A stretch of 64,000 bases of DNA from a virus, in the IMG/VR virus record IMGVR_UViG_3300021085_000009, positions 72,815 through 136,814 of that record, one strand, 5' to 3'. Numbering within the stretch: the stretch's first letter is position 1; every line of letters begins with the position of its first letter. The notes beneath the pieces were generated by a model. It saw nothing but the letters and a program-made list of their open reading frames with translations, ran no database searches and had not been told where the DNA came from. Below, piece by piece: positions 11,801 through 19,595 of this stretch. Made by a program: the position numbers and the translations under genes.

Positions 11801-12291
11801 CCATTTTTATAAACTCTTACAACACCTAAAGGATATGCTTCACCAATTCTACTAACAATTTTAGATGCAACAATATCTGATCCACCAGCTGTAAGTTTAC
11901 TTGAAGCACTAAATGTGCCAGTAGTATTTTTAACTAAGATCTTAGTGCTATCGATAGATACGATTGTACAAGCGAATCCACCAGTCTGTGTCATCTCTAC
12001 GCCAGATACAAATGATGATGGAATAGTAGGATTTCCTTTAAGAATAATATAACCACCAGTATTGTCAACTGTTTCCTGTGGTTTAATTTCAAACCTTACA
12101 GTTTTACTGTCGTCATCGTTTCCATAGAATACTGTATCACCTGCAGTAACATTATCAAATAGATATGTTTTATCTTTTAAATTAGAATTAAGCTGTTCAT
12201 TATCGCCTAAGTGAAGAGATACTTCGTTACCCTTCTGTCTTAAACCTTCTAATGAATCTGATTGTAATACTCTAGTTTCTTTATTAGCCAT
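5824..12291 (-). CDS. Long tail fibre (2155 aa) with C-terminal intramolecular chaperone (peptidase S74)
   Basis: C-terminal SDAKLKDNIQKVEGALELVSQLDGVTFNWK...GVIAQ...IEAIKEL coiled coil; N-terminal LVxxINE repeats; internal beta repeats. Confidence 0.85.
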   Translation of the reverse strand: MANKETRVLQSDSLEGLRQKGNEVSLHLGDNEQLNSNLKDKTYLFDNVTAGDTVFYGNDDDSKTVRFEIKPQETVDNTGGYIILKGNPTIPSSFVSGVEMTQTGGFACTIVSIDSTKILVKNTTGTFSASSKLTAGGSDIVASKIVSRIGEAYPLGVVRVYKNGTELTQSTTAVNGFHGINLRARIPLTGNPTVTEFVEGRTVYIHSSQLSTQASVESTSAWYGTILRTTATEMLLKVSSGSFVDSDDIRVLGQSSVIAGNKHGAVVNYDTTYGNGIELNTPAAANDDIKIFSMDVIAAINELQDDVGVTENLATSANDLVLSINEHETDLYGTTNVSFTGLSSGGFQDAIEELRAELGDHNDINNAAGYSSTTAVTGIQEIQGDIGDITGLGTTVKSTLVGSINEIETAVRGSLGNYTLTTAQTTHGLIGAVNEIESVFDASTHEISAGSNAFTINSGAFTINSSGDIVLDADGGDIKLNDGPGASQYGALTSSGTNLVIKSGTTTMLTGSGANATFANNVTVENNLEVDGTAGIDGSLRVGANKFNVDAATGDTQIDRNLEVDGTVGVDGNFRVGGTQYSNATFKVDESNGNTQVAGTFNVDSTTTLNGTTIDGNLDLNGSVDVSTNATIHGVLDVDGVSNLDVVDIDGAVDMASTLQVDGNTTIGGVLDIGNLNGKFTNTNNIKLALNELHDEVGVGGNAFSSLADHSTNGQTNITNAIQAIVADLGPVNTTNGITHSGGTHAHKSATIFGVLDNLSGAIVSNDGELNTLRAITLSGGSGITTTIGNLTANRSISVDSTVVRTSGAQTIAGAKTFSNAMTVNNNLSVDATTIDFTGNMNIGEDGGSDLIKYRNGTQVDFSDATVLFSSAGGVANFGSAFLKLDANISTQMGLQVDRDHISGSNDHDVKLQWDETKVSADPSRAWTVVGMKNDGTTVTSPLVNFYNARHLISSSASNGLTTTWVQTGTSPDLSGYWDLDVNLNGTSLEISSDGLKVKALGVATGMIANLAVTTGKIATNAVTLGTKTSGNYVATIAGTANEVEVTGSGTEGRAVTVGLPNDVTIANDLTVTGDLYVNGTETKLNVSTLEVEDTLILAGNNLGSTEPTTGGFGLETKPFAGVHSNAAGGVTGAHSIVYNFATDRWEADGSLILSTATLDTPNIEGVSFGPGDNLTFSAGAGLSESVSGFAVTYNNTDRGSSQYIWKNIATDSGTAVANSNNDTLTIHGGTMLESARSGDTITINHSDTSTLNGAYGNLSTQNGIYVSGLVVDDRGHLTNIQTGNFDTRYIQSFQVEDGDGTELSITQGKEWKFVEGAGSGASIDINWTDTSPGSDADPFDLTFAVTNTDKGSSQNIFKNIVVRNLADSVLGTVVADNNNDTLYLDAGNSGITLSVSASSDHISINHADTSSQADINNSGNTFIQDLTFDTYGHVTGATSAAVVIGDGTTTVTTASGSGISLGGDTNWSANQSGASTFSVSHADTSSQASVNNSGNNVIQDITLDGFGHITDLVSKDITSVGHATNADNINIDEANGNTNYQVTFSANNNAGYNRQYIDTDNGHFNYNPSTNHLHGFAEISATKFDGALEGNADTATWADTVDVNDSNANSNYRAVWHSGDTLYSTAGITFQPNDNTISATTFIGALSGNATTATSATTAGSATTATTAGSATNATNATNSDKVYVNQYNSTTVMRILGSHNGINTQGNVYSTSGITARMDTNTLYATTFSGALSGNATTATTATTATNAHNINVDETNTNANYQVYFGTLNGSSYQRPYIDTDNSHFNYNPHTAHLHGFAEITATKFDGDLEGNADTATHASTATSATNSSNIYTTQTAGTAGVHYPTFVSVNSSGNKSLKYDPGMMYDPSTNILGDVNFNFQGDLSRCTGYDYSDLTSKPSIPSAANNGTITIVQPGISNQAFTVDQSGNTTITLVDSNTTYSAGGGLDLNGTVFSVESDLRGDVSYIGTTSYYMYPQGLSKLSMGSGGGGFHWDHSMGPAIEIVGTGGTGNSRISINAEVSGSMREEFRFGNDGTFHASDDIVAVSNTTASDAKLKDNIQKVEGALELVSQLDGVTFNWKKDGKASAGVIAQNMEKVIPSAVKEVETLGTDETHKVVDYNQLSAFFIEAIKELKEENKYLRDEIENLKSINR
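5829..5836 (-). promoter_or_regulatory. T4-type late promoter TATAAATA
   Basis: Exact consensus 16 bp upstream of the ATG at 5813. Confidence 0.75.
6835..7720 (-). repeat. Internal ~70-codon duplication and short tandem repeats in the fibre gene
   Basis: YIDTDNxHFNYNPxTxHLHGFAEIxATKFDGxLEGNADTAT occurs twice (~6835-7050 and ~7500-7720); 9-bp tandem units near 7050-7080 and 7253-7280. Confidence 0.85.
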
Positions 12292-12524
12292 TATTTACTC
12301 GCTATACTTTTTAGTAATTTCTTTATTTCTGCCATATCAGCTTTTAATGAATCGATGTCTTTACTTTGCTGAAGATCTATTTCAGCCTTTTTGGCTTTAC
12401 GATCTCTTGCTTCGATTCTTGCTTCATATGCCGACCTATTAGTATTTATAACTGCACCAGTGGATAGATCTTTAACTAGGTTAGGTTCATCAACTATTTT
12501 TACTGTTTGTTTTTTTCTTGCCAT
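12291..12524 (-). CDS. Conserved small T4-like protein
   Basis: LVKDLSTGAVINTN motif plus C-terminal coiled coil; coupled to neighbours. Confidence 0.7.
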   Translation of the reverse strand: MARKKQTVKIVDEPNLVKDLSTGAVINTNRSAYEARIEARDRKAKKAEIDLQQSKDIDSLKADMAEIKKLLKSIASK

Positions 12525-12528
12525 AATT

Positions 12529-15500
12529 TTATGCCGTCGTTGCTATTGCTCTAAAGTCTCCCAACATTGGAACATTAGAGCTGTTACGTGATCTTAGTAC
12601 TACCTTAATTGCAAATTTTGAGAATGCTCCATCTACTACGCCACCTGCTAAACTATTTGCAACTGTAGGATTAATTTCAAAATGTGCTTCACTCATTCCA
12701 CTATCAGATACTGGAATTGTGTTTACTGGATTAGCTGGTCTCCAATTTAACTGTGTAAAATCTGAATCGTCTGCACCTGATTGTACTTTATAATATAAGT
12801 CAACTGAAGAATCAGCTGGCCTTGCTACTGACATATAAACATCGATTAAATCAGCTTCGTTTTCTAATTCAATTTTCTTAGTTATATATTTAGCTAAGTT
12901 TGTAGTACCAGAAGGTTGTGTCTCAGCTACTAATCTACTATTGGTAGCATAATAAGGTGCAGTAGCGTCATTGATTCTATTTTGAATAGTAAACAATGAA
13001 GTTCTTTCCAAATCAATGGTTGGAGATATTCTATCGTTTCCATTGTTATTTAATGTACATTTAATTTCTGTAAGTGTTGTAGCTCCACCATTTGCATTAG
13101 GTGACATAACCATATATGGTTTTTCTGGAACAAAGTTACTATTAGGTAATATTTCAATTTGAGTTTGAGCAGTATATGATTGTTGTGTTGTACTATCTTG
13201 AGATGCTGCTGAAATACCAGTTAAATCTGTTTGTATTGAAGTTCCAGGAACTTGAGTGTTTTCCATTTTTAATACTAATGTATTATATAACATATTTTCA
13301 GTAGCAGTAACATTATCTCCACCGCCAAATATTCCAACTGTAGTAGCAGTTCCTGCATGTGTTATAACATATGAGTCATGTTCTATCTCTGTAATAGTGT
13401 GAGCTTTATTGATGTGTGCTACATTAGTAATACCATTACCAGCAACATAACCAGCAATTATAACTTGATGAGATCCACTACCATAGTGTCCATGGTTAGA
13501 ATGATAAACTCTAATTTTATTTGTAGCAATATATTCTAATGAATCTGGATTAAGCTTCTTAGGTTCTATTGAGTCATTGACTAATGTAACAAATTGATTA
13601 GCCGTAGTACTAAATTGGCATCTATTAAGTTTAAATTTAAGATCCTTAGTTTGCTCTGCTGTCCATGTTGAAGCATTAGCTGATGTAAAGAATACACCGT
13701 TATATGGTTGTTTATTAACTCTTTTATTTGTAATGGTTAAATCCATTCCGCCAACTTCTGATACATATACTTTATAATCAGCTGAGTTTGCAATTAATAC
13801 AATAGAATACTCAGAGTCTCTTTCCAAATAAACTGGATGTTTAAATCTTATAACAGTTCCTGCTGATGCATCACTTGATATATTAATGTTAGCTGGATAA
13901 ACTGTTACGTCAGAGCCAGGTATAACCTTTTGTGTTGGATAACCATTATCAACAGATCGTATAGAAACTTCCAATGGAATGTTAGCATCTATAGATTCAA
14001 AGAATAATTCTATCTCATTTAAAAATACACCAGCTCCTGTAGAGTCTGGATCAGTAATTGTAAATGTTTGTGCTACTGGATCTGTCCATCTGATTAGTTC
14101 AGTCGATCTTTCAAATGTAGTTCGACTAACTGCTTTACTTGCTGAACTAACTTCCCTAGTAACTAACCTTGGAACCTTAGTAGCAATAATTGTTTTCTGA
14201 TGAACTTCTAGTAATCCTTGTGCATAATAATTTGCTGATGCATAAGTATCAGCTTCTGATGAATCGTTTGTAGGGCTATCTGTTAGTTTAAATTCTCTAG
14301 TACCAGTTTTAAATTTTAGTACATCGTTTCTAGGAATAATAAATGATCCTATGCATCGACCAGCAGCATCAGTTACTAGTGCACCTGAATTAGAATCGGG
14401 ATGTGCACTTTCTCCTGTATGACTTTTAACATTGCTTCTTGTTGAAAATTTAACAAATGATGATTCTTGTCTACAATAGGATGTTACTTTAGTACCATTG
14501 AAGAAAGCATCTAGCTTTGAATTCGGCTTAAGAAGTTCTGCGTTAAAGAATATTTTTCTTGATCTAATAAATGGTATAAAGTTTGTTTCTACTACGTAAT
14601 CGCCAACTTCTTTAAATTGTGTATCTGATGCAACTGAAGTTGTTAGCCCAGATCTTGATTGAGAACCAGTTTCAGTTATAGCTTTTTGAACATCTTGAAC
14701 TTCAGCTCTACGGCCACCGTTTCTACCTGGTGCTACAAAACCCATAGCCTCAGCTTTGTTTCTGCTAACTAATCTTTTATTAGATGTGGTTTCTGTTACT
14801 TCTCTACCAGTCCAGTTAGTTTCCCATTCGTTCCATACTGTTCCTAATATGCCTTCTTGCTTAGCCATAGCAACGAACTGATCATAAACACTAGTATCAT
14901 CTATGATAATATCTGGTCTTACATCTACTTCTTTCCATTCATCCGATGCAGGAGATAGTTCAATCTTTCCTTCCCATACAAAGATATCATATGGATTTAC
15001 AAATTCAGCATAAGTAGAAAATGGTTGATCGATATAATTAGCTGTAGTATATGGTAGTGTAACCATATCACCTGAACCAGCAAGTGTGTTTCCTTTTACT
15101 CCACTTTCGACTGAAGAGTTAACACATGTACCAGTATCATTAGACTTTCTTACAAGGTTAACGCCTCTTTCATCAAATGATGGTCTAGCAATTCCAGCAT
15201 CTTTGTCAACTGAAATTTGATAATCAGGATCATTTGAATTACCAATGTTATGTCCTGTAAAGTTATCTACTATAAATCCGTTTTTAATTCTTGGGTTTCC
15301 ATCGCTATCTAGTAAAGGTGTTCCTTGTGCTGACTTTTCTAATAAAGAAAGCGATGTATAATATTCTAGTGTTTTAATTCGTTTATCTAGCTTGCCAATA
15401 TCTCTCATTGTGTATCGTTTGTTGTCAAATGGTACTGGTTTAATATCTAACTTATTGAATACGTATGGTGATATGTTTAATGTATATAATGGCATTGCAT

Positions 15501-18015
15501 CTTTAACATTTTCAGGAGCTACTGGATTAAGATCTGATACACCAGTTATATACTTATATGCACCTTCCTTAGTTATAAATAATTTATCTTTTCTTGGAAG
15601 GAATATTGTAACATCATTAGTAGCAATATTGTTTGGAGCTATTGGAGAACTAAGTGATGATATTCCTCCAGCAAAATCTCCATCTAAATCTTTAACTGGT
15701 CTGAAGTCTAAACAATCTCTTAAATCTACAACTCCGGTTGAGCTTTTAAAACTTGGAATCTCTTCGTACTTAGCAGCTTCAAGAGCTGAAGGTGTAGGAT
15801 TACCAGGTGTGTAATATGAATCAACTGAGAAATAATCTCCGCCAGTATGTGTATAATGATCTAAGATAATAGTCATATTACCAGGAGCTATTGATTCGCC
15901 ACCTTTTAATATGATTGAAGCCTCGTCATAAAAGTTTGCTCTTTGGCCATTGTCAACAACAAATTTATCTGTTACCAGAGTATTTGCTCCATCTATAATT
16001 GAGGTTACTCTAATTACATCAGCTACTCCTAACTCGTAAGTAGAAGTTCCAGCAGAATATGCAATAGTTTTTGTAACGGTTTGTCGAGATTTAGTTTTAG
16101 GTTGAAAGTTAGTTCTTAACACTGTAACAATAGCTGAAATTTGTATTCCAGAAGTCATTGTTTGGCCAGTTTCTGTAGCAGTTAAAGTAAACTGTGAGTT
16201 ATTAACACCACCAGATGTAGAATCAACTTCACTTATTTCAAATGTTCTTCCTGAATTATGATTAGCAATTGATATTTGAATATCGTCGTCATTTGCTAAA
16301 ACTCCATTAGTAATAGTAAATACCGCTTCTCCAGTACCACCAATAGTAGTATTAACTCTTTGTCTAACTCTATAAGCACCTGTAGTAGAACCACTAGTTT
16401 CTAAAGTTTTTACTGTGTCATAAGGTAACTTAAATACTAATGTGTTATTAGATGTATCAAACAATGTTGCACCAGCAGTAATATTACCACTTGCTCCAGT
16501 TCCTAAGTTTCCTTTAAAGTCAACGCCAGATAATACTTGTCCTACGCTTTTTACAGAAGAAAATATATTAGTGCCAGTCATTTGCAAGTCAAATAAGTAT
16601 AATCTGTAATGGGCTGGATTAACACCGATATATTCAAGTCCTCTAGCTCTTGCTGTACCTATTGGTGTCGATTGATTTACTGCACTATATAAAGTTACAG
16701 TTGCTAAATTATTAATGTCTGGAATACCTGTTGTACTATCAGTAGTTAACTTAATATAATTGCCTAGTGGAGTTGAAGTTGTAGCTCCAGCTGCAGTAGC
16801 TGTATCGCTAATGCTTCTTGGTTTATCAATTACAATAGGATCCGATGCAGTCTTTTCGACTCGGTATCCTTGGACATAAGCCACTGAAGGCTCAACAGTA
16901 ATAGCCATTTTACTAGAATCACCACCGTCAGCAGCTGATAAGTAACCATTGTTTCCAGCTTCATCATTTAAATGTTCGTTAATATCTAGGATGAATGGTC
17001 TTACTGCATAGTTGCCAGACTCTTCGAATGTTCTTGTAGCAAATCGATCCGATAATGTTGTATCAATTGGATCAGTTGATGTTGTTTGTGTTACACCATT
17101 TTTGACGAGGACTAATGGTATAAAGTTAGTAGTTGTTTGTGATGCTACTACAACATTTTCTTTTATTAGTGTAGCAACTATTTTTAGTCTGTCTGCGCCT
17201 GGCGCTGTATGATTAGGTGTTCCTGACGCGTTATCATTAAGTGATTGGTCAGAGCCAGAAGTAACTATTGATTGAACGACACTCAGTCCGATTGAGTATG
17301 AAGGAGTATTAGTATACTTATCTAATATCAAAGTACTTGTTGGAATATGCACAAATGATCCATGTAAGAAATACACGCCTTCTTCTATACTTACACTAGA
17401 ACCAGTTCCAACTGAATCGCCAGTTATTAATGAGTCGCCATTATTAACATCAGCTCCAACATATTCAGTTGCACTTCCTGTACCACCGCCAACTTTACCA
17501 TACCTGGATCCAGTATTAGTAACAAAAACTTCTCCAGTACCAAATGCTTTTACATTTTTATCTGGGCCTCCAGAACTTAAGTATTTAATAAACAGCGTTA
17601 TTGGTTCTCCTGGACTAACGTAAGTGCTTACTGCAATAACCTTTGCTTGAACTTGGTTACCAGTATTACCTGTACCAGTAATTGTTTTACCTACAAAATC
17701 ATTTAGGTTTGTAGAAGTAGTATATGTTGCTGCACTGCCAGTAGCAATTGTAGAATTAAATACATCTTCTACTTTTATAAAATCATAATCGATATTTACT
17801 GTGACCTTACCGCCTATAACTCTTGAGCCATTATTAAAAGCCCATTGACCATACTTATCAATCTGTGCTTGTAGCGCTGTTTGTAACTGAGTAAGTTCTC
17901 TAGCTTGAACTGAATAGCCAGGCTTAAATAAGATTCTATGATAATTTTTTGACTCATCAAAATCATCATGATATGGTTTATCTGGATTGTTATAAAGGCT
18001 TTTACTTATTGTCAT
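12529..18015 (-). CDS. Large baseplate-associated structural protein (DUF4815/VrlC-like, 1828 aa)
   Basis: PYHDDFDESKNYHRILFKPGYSVQARELTQLQ start; KRYTMRDIGKLDKRIKTLEYYTSLSLLE; GFIVDNF; DPVAQTF. Confidence 0.85.
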   Translation of the reverse strand: MTISKSLYNNPDKPYHDDFDESKNYHRILFKPGYSVQARELTQLQTALQAQIDKYGQWAFNNGSRVIGGKVTVNIDYDFIKVEDVFNSTIATGSAATYTTSTNLNDFVGKTITGTGNTGNQVQAKVIAVSTYVSPGEPITLFIKYLSSGGPDKNVKAFGTGEVFVTNTGSRYGKVGGGTGSATEYVGADVNNGDSLITGDSVGTGSSVSIEEGVYFLHGSFVHIPTSTLILDKYTNTPSYSIGLSVVQSIVTSGSDQSLNDNASGTPNHTAPGADRLKIVATLIKENVVVASQTTTNFIPLVLVKNGVTQTTSTDPIDTTLSDRFATRTFEESGNYAVRPFILDINEHLNDEAGNNGYLSAADGGDSSKMAITVEPSVAYVQGYRVEKTASDPIVIDKPRSISDTATAAGATTSTPLGNYIKLTTDSTTGIPDINNLATVTLYSAVNQSTPIGTARARGLEYIGVNPAHYRLYLFDLQMTGTNIFSSVKSVGQVLSGVDFKGNLGTGASGNITAGATLFDTSNNTLVFKLPYDTVKTLETSGSTTGAYRVRQRVNTTIGGTGEAVFTITNGVLANDDDIQISIANHNSGRTFEISEVDSTSGGVNNSQFTLTATETGQTMTSGIQISAIVTVLRTNFQPKTKSRQTVTKTIAYSAGTSTYELGVADVIRVTSIIDGANTLVTDKFVVDNGQRANFYDEASIILKGGESIAPGNMTIILDHYTHTGGDYFSVDSYYTPGNPTPSALEAAKYEEIPSFKSSTGVVDLRDCLDFRPVKDLDGDFAGGISSLSSPIAPNNIATNDVTIFLPRKDKLFITKEGAYKYITGVSDLNPVAPENVKDAMPLYTLNISPYVFNKLDIKPVPFDNKRYTMRDIGKLDKRIKTLEYYTSLSLLEKSAQGTPLLDSDGNPRIKNGFIVDNFTGHNIGNSNDPDYQISVDKDAGIARPSFDERGVNLVRKSNDTGTCVNSSVESGVKGNTLAGSGDMVTLPYTTANYIDQPFSTYAEFVNPYDIFVWEGKIELSPASDEWKEVDVRPDIIIDDTSVYDQFVAMAKQEGILGTVWNEWETNWTGREVTETTSNKRLVSRNKAEAMGFVAPGRNGGRRAEVQDVQKAITETGSQSRSGLTTSVASDTQFKEVGDYVVETNFIPFIRSRKIFFNAELLKPNSKLDAFFNGTKVTSYCRQESSFVKFSTRSNVKSHTGESAHPDSNSGALVTDAAGRCIGSFIIPRNDVLKFKTGTREFKLTDSPTNDSSEADTYASANYYAQGLLEVHQKTIIATKVPRLVTREVSSASKAVSRTTFERSTELIRWTDPVAQTFTITDPDSTGAGVFLNEIELFFESIDANIPLEVSIRSVDNGYPTQKVIPGSDVTVYPANINISSDASAGTVIRFKHPVYLERDSEYSIVLIANSADYKVYVSEVGGMDLTITNKRVNKQPYNGVFFTSANASTWTAEQTKDLKFKLNRCQFSTTANQFVTLVNDSIEPKKLNPDSLEYIATNKIRVYHSNHGHYGSGSHQVIIAGYVAGNGITNVAHINKAHTITEIEHDSYVITHAGTATTVGIFGGGDNVTATENMLYNTLVLKMENTQVPGTSIQTDLTGISAASQDSTTQQSYTAQTQIEILPNSNFVPEKPYMVMSPNANGGATTLTEIKCTLNNNGNDRISPTIDLERTSLFTIQNRINDATAPYYATNSRLVAETQPSGTTNLAKYITKKIELENEADLIDVYMSVARPADSSVDLYYKVQSGADDSDFTQLNWRPANPVNTIPVSDSGMSEAHFEINPTVANSLAGGVVDGAFSKFAIKVVLRSRNSSNVPMLGDFRAIATTA

Positions 18016-18037
18016 CTTTTTTCTCTCTTCTTACTAT

Positions 18038-18045
18038 TATTTATA
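18038..18045 (-). promoter_or_regulatory. T4-type late promoter TATAAATA
   Basis: Exact consensus in the short intergenic gap. Confidence 0.75.
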
Positions 18046-18052
18046 TAGTATA

Positions 18053-19570
18053 TTAGAATTCAATTATGAGTTTAATATCTTCAATCTGTGTAGCTGTTCT
18101 ACTAATAGGTGCTCTGTTTTCTAGGAATACCATTTCGCCGCTACCTTTATGTGCTTCTGCTGTAAAATTAAATCCACCGTTTCCTGTAGTATCTAATGAT
18201 GCTGAACCTGCTCCGCCATCAGCTGTAGTACTAACTGTCTCACCTGTAGTGAACTTAGTATAACCAGTCTTTTCATTTTGGTGGTAATAAATTCTGCCAG
18301 CCTGTGCACCGGTCTGCGGTGCTTCTACGACGAATGCTCTAGCTCCACTTGCTCCACCTACAATAACTTGATCAGCATTGAAGTTTACTGAGGATTGACC
18401 AGATGCGATTTTTAAAAACTGTGTTCCTTTTAGAGTAGTTGCTGTGGCAGGTGTAGTTAAATTTCCTGCTACAATAGCTCCAACAGAAACTCCACTAGCA
18501 ATTGATGATGGATTCTTAATTAAACTAACTTGTCTAAAATCTTGATTAATTGTAAGATCATTACCAGATCCTTCATTACCTGTAAGTAAACTATTAATAC
18601 CAACATAGAAAGCTCCAAGTTCTGCTACTGGATCTACACCATGTCCGCCTGCAGGAGCAAGGACTGCTCTAGCTTCTGCAATAACTGGAGTTCCACTATC
18701 ACTTGTGTTTTTTGTTATAACAACATCTGCTACTGTGTAATTGCTTCCTTTATTAGTAATAGTAATACTAGTAATTCTACCACTAGAATCAATATCCTGT
18801 GCAGTAATATCAGCAGCAGCATTAATTCCGTCACCCGTAATAGTAACAGTCGGCCTATTAGTTGTACTATAACCAGAGCCTGAAGTAACGCTATCAACGC
18901 CGTTAGTAACAAGAACTAATCTTTCAATTCCTTCGCGGTTAGCACTAGCATTTGAAGCTATCTGCGCAGCTTGTTGAGGCTGATTAGGATCAGTAGCTGC
19001 AAGAGCTGGAGTTAATGCTAAAGTTTTAACTGGCATGTATGAAGTGGTTAGGAATTTTTCTGAATCAGCAACGGTAACTGTATACATATATTTCCATTGG
19101 TAACCATCCTCTGCAGCACCTATAGGTTGTTCTGACGTATGTACAGGTTCAACTGAAACACCTGCAGGGCCAGCAATAATACATTTATAAACTTTAAACT
19201 GAGAAGTCATAACATAGAACGGGCTTTGAGAATCAAAGATAGATGTAGGTGTTATTACACCACTAACAGATTCTTTATAATTTGAATCCCATGGTTGATA
19301 ACTATCTCCTGCAGTCCAATTATGTCTTGGTACTACGTGTGATACATCACCGGCCGCAATCTTTTTAAGACCGATCATGTTCTGCCAAGCTTCTGCTACG
19401 TTTGTTTGGTTGTCGTATGGAGTAAAAGCATCAGTGTCTGTTTTATCGGATGTGCTGTTTGACCAAACGTCTGCTTTACCGATGCCAACATATACACTAC
19501 TAGTTTCTACGTCCTCTTTAAAATTTTGAGCATTTACTACTCTAAATTGTGAAGTTACTATTGCTGTCAT
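18053..19570 (-). CDS. gp8: Baseplate wedge subunit gp8
   Basis: MTAIVTSQFRV, FYVMTSQFKVYKCI, DGYQWKYMY, GGHGVDPVAELG, ENRAPISR...EDIKLIIEF. Confidence 0.88.
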   Translation of the reverse strand: MTAIVTSQFRVVNAQNFKEDVETSSVYVGIGKADVWSNSTSDKTDTDAFTPYDNQTNVAEAWQNMIGLKKIAAGDVSHVVPRHNWTAGDSYQPWDSNYKESVSGVITPTSIFDSQSPFYVMTSQFKVYKCIIAGPAGVSVEPVHTSEQPIGAAEDGYQWKYMYTVTVADSEKFLTTSYMPVKTLALTPALAATDPNQPQQAAQIASNASANREGIERLVLVTNGVDSVTSGSGYSTTNRPTVTITGDGINAAADITAQDIDSSGRITSITITNKGSNYTVADVVITKNTSDSGTPVIAEARAVLAPAGGHGVDPVAELGAFYVGINSLLTGNEGSGNDLTINQDFRQVSLIKNPSSIASGVSVGAIVAGNLTTPATATTLKGTQFLKIASGQSSVNFNADQVIVGGASGARAFVVEAPQTGAQAGRIYYHQNEKTGYTKFTTGETVSTTADGGAGSASLDTTGNGGFNFTAEAHKGSGEMVFLENRAPISRTATQIEDIKLIIEF

Positions 19571-19595
19571 TTTTCTAATTCCCGTTGTTTATACA

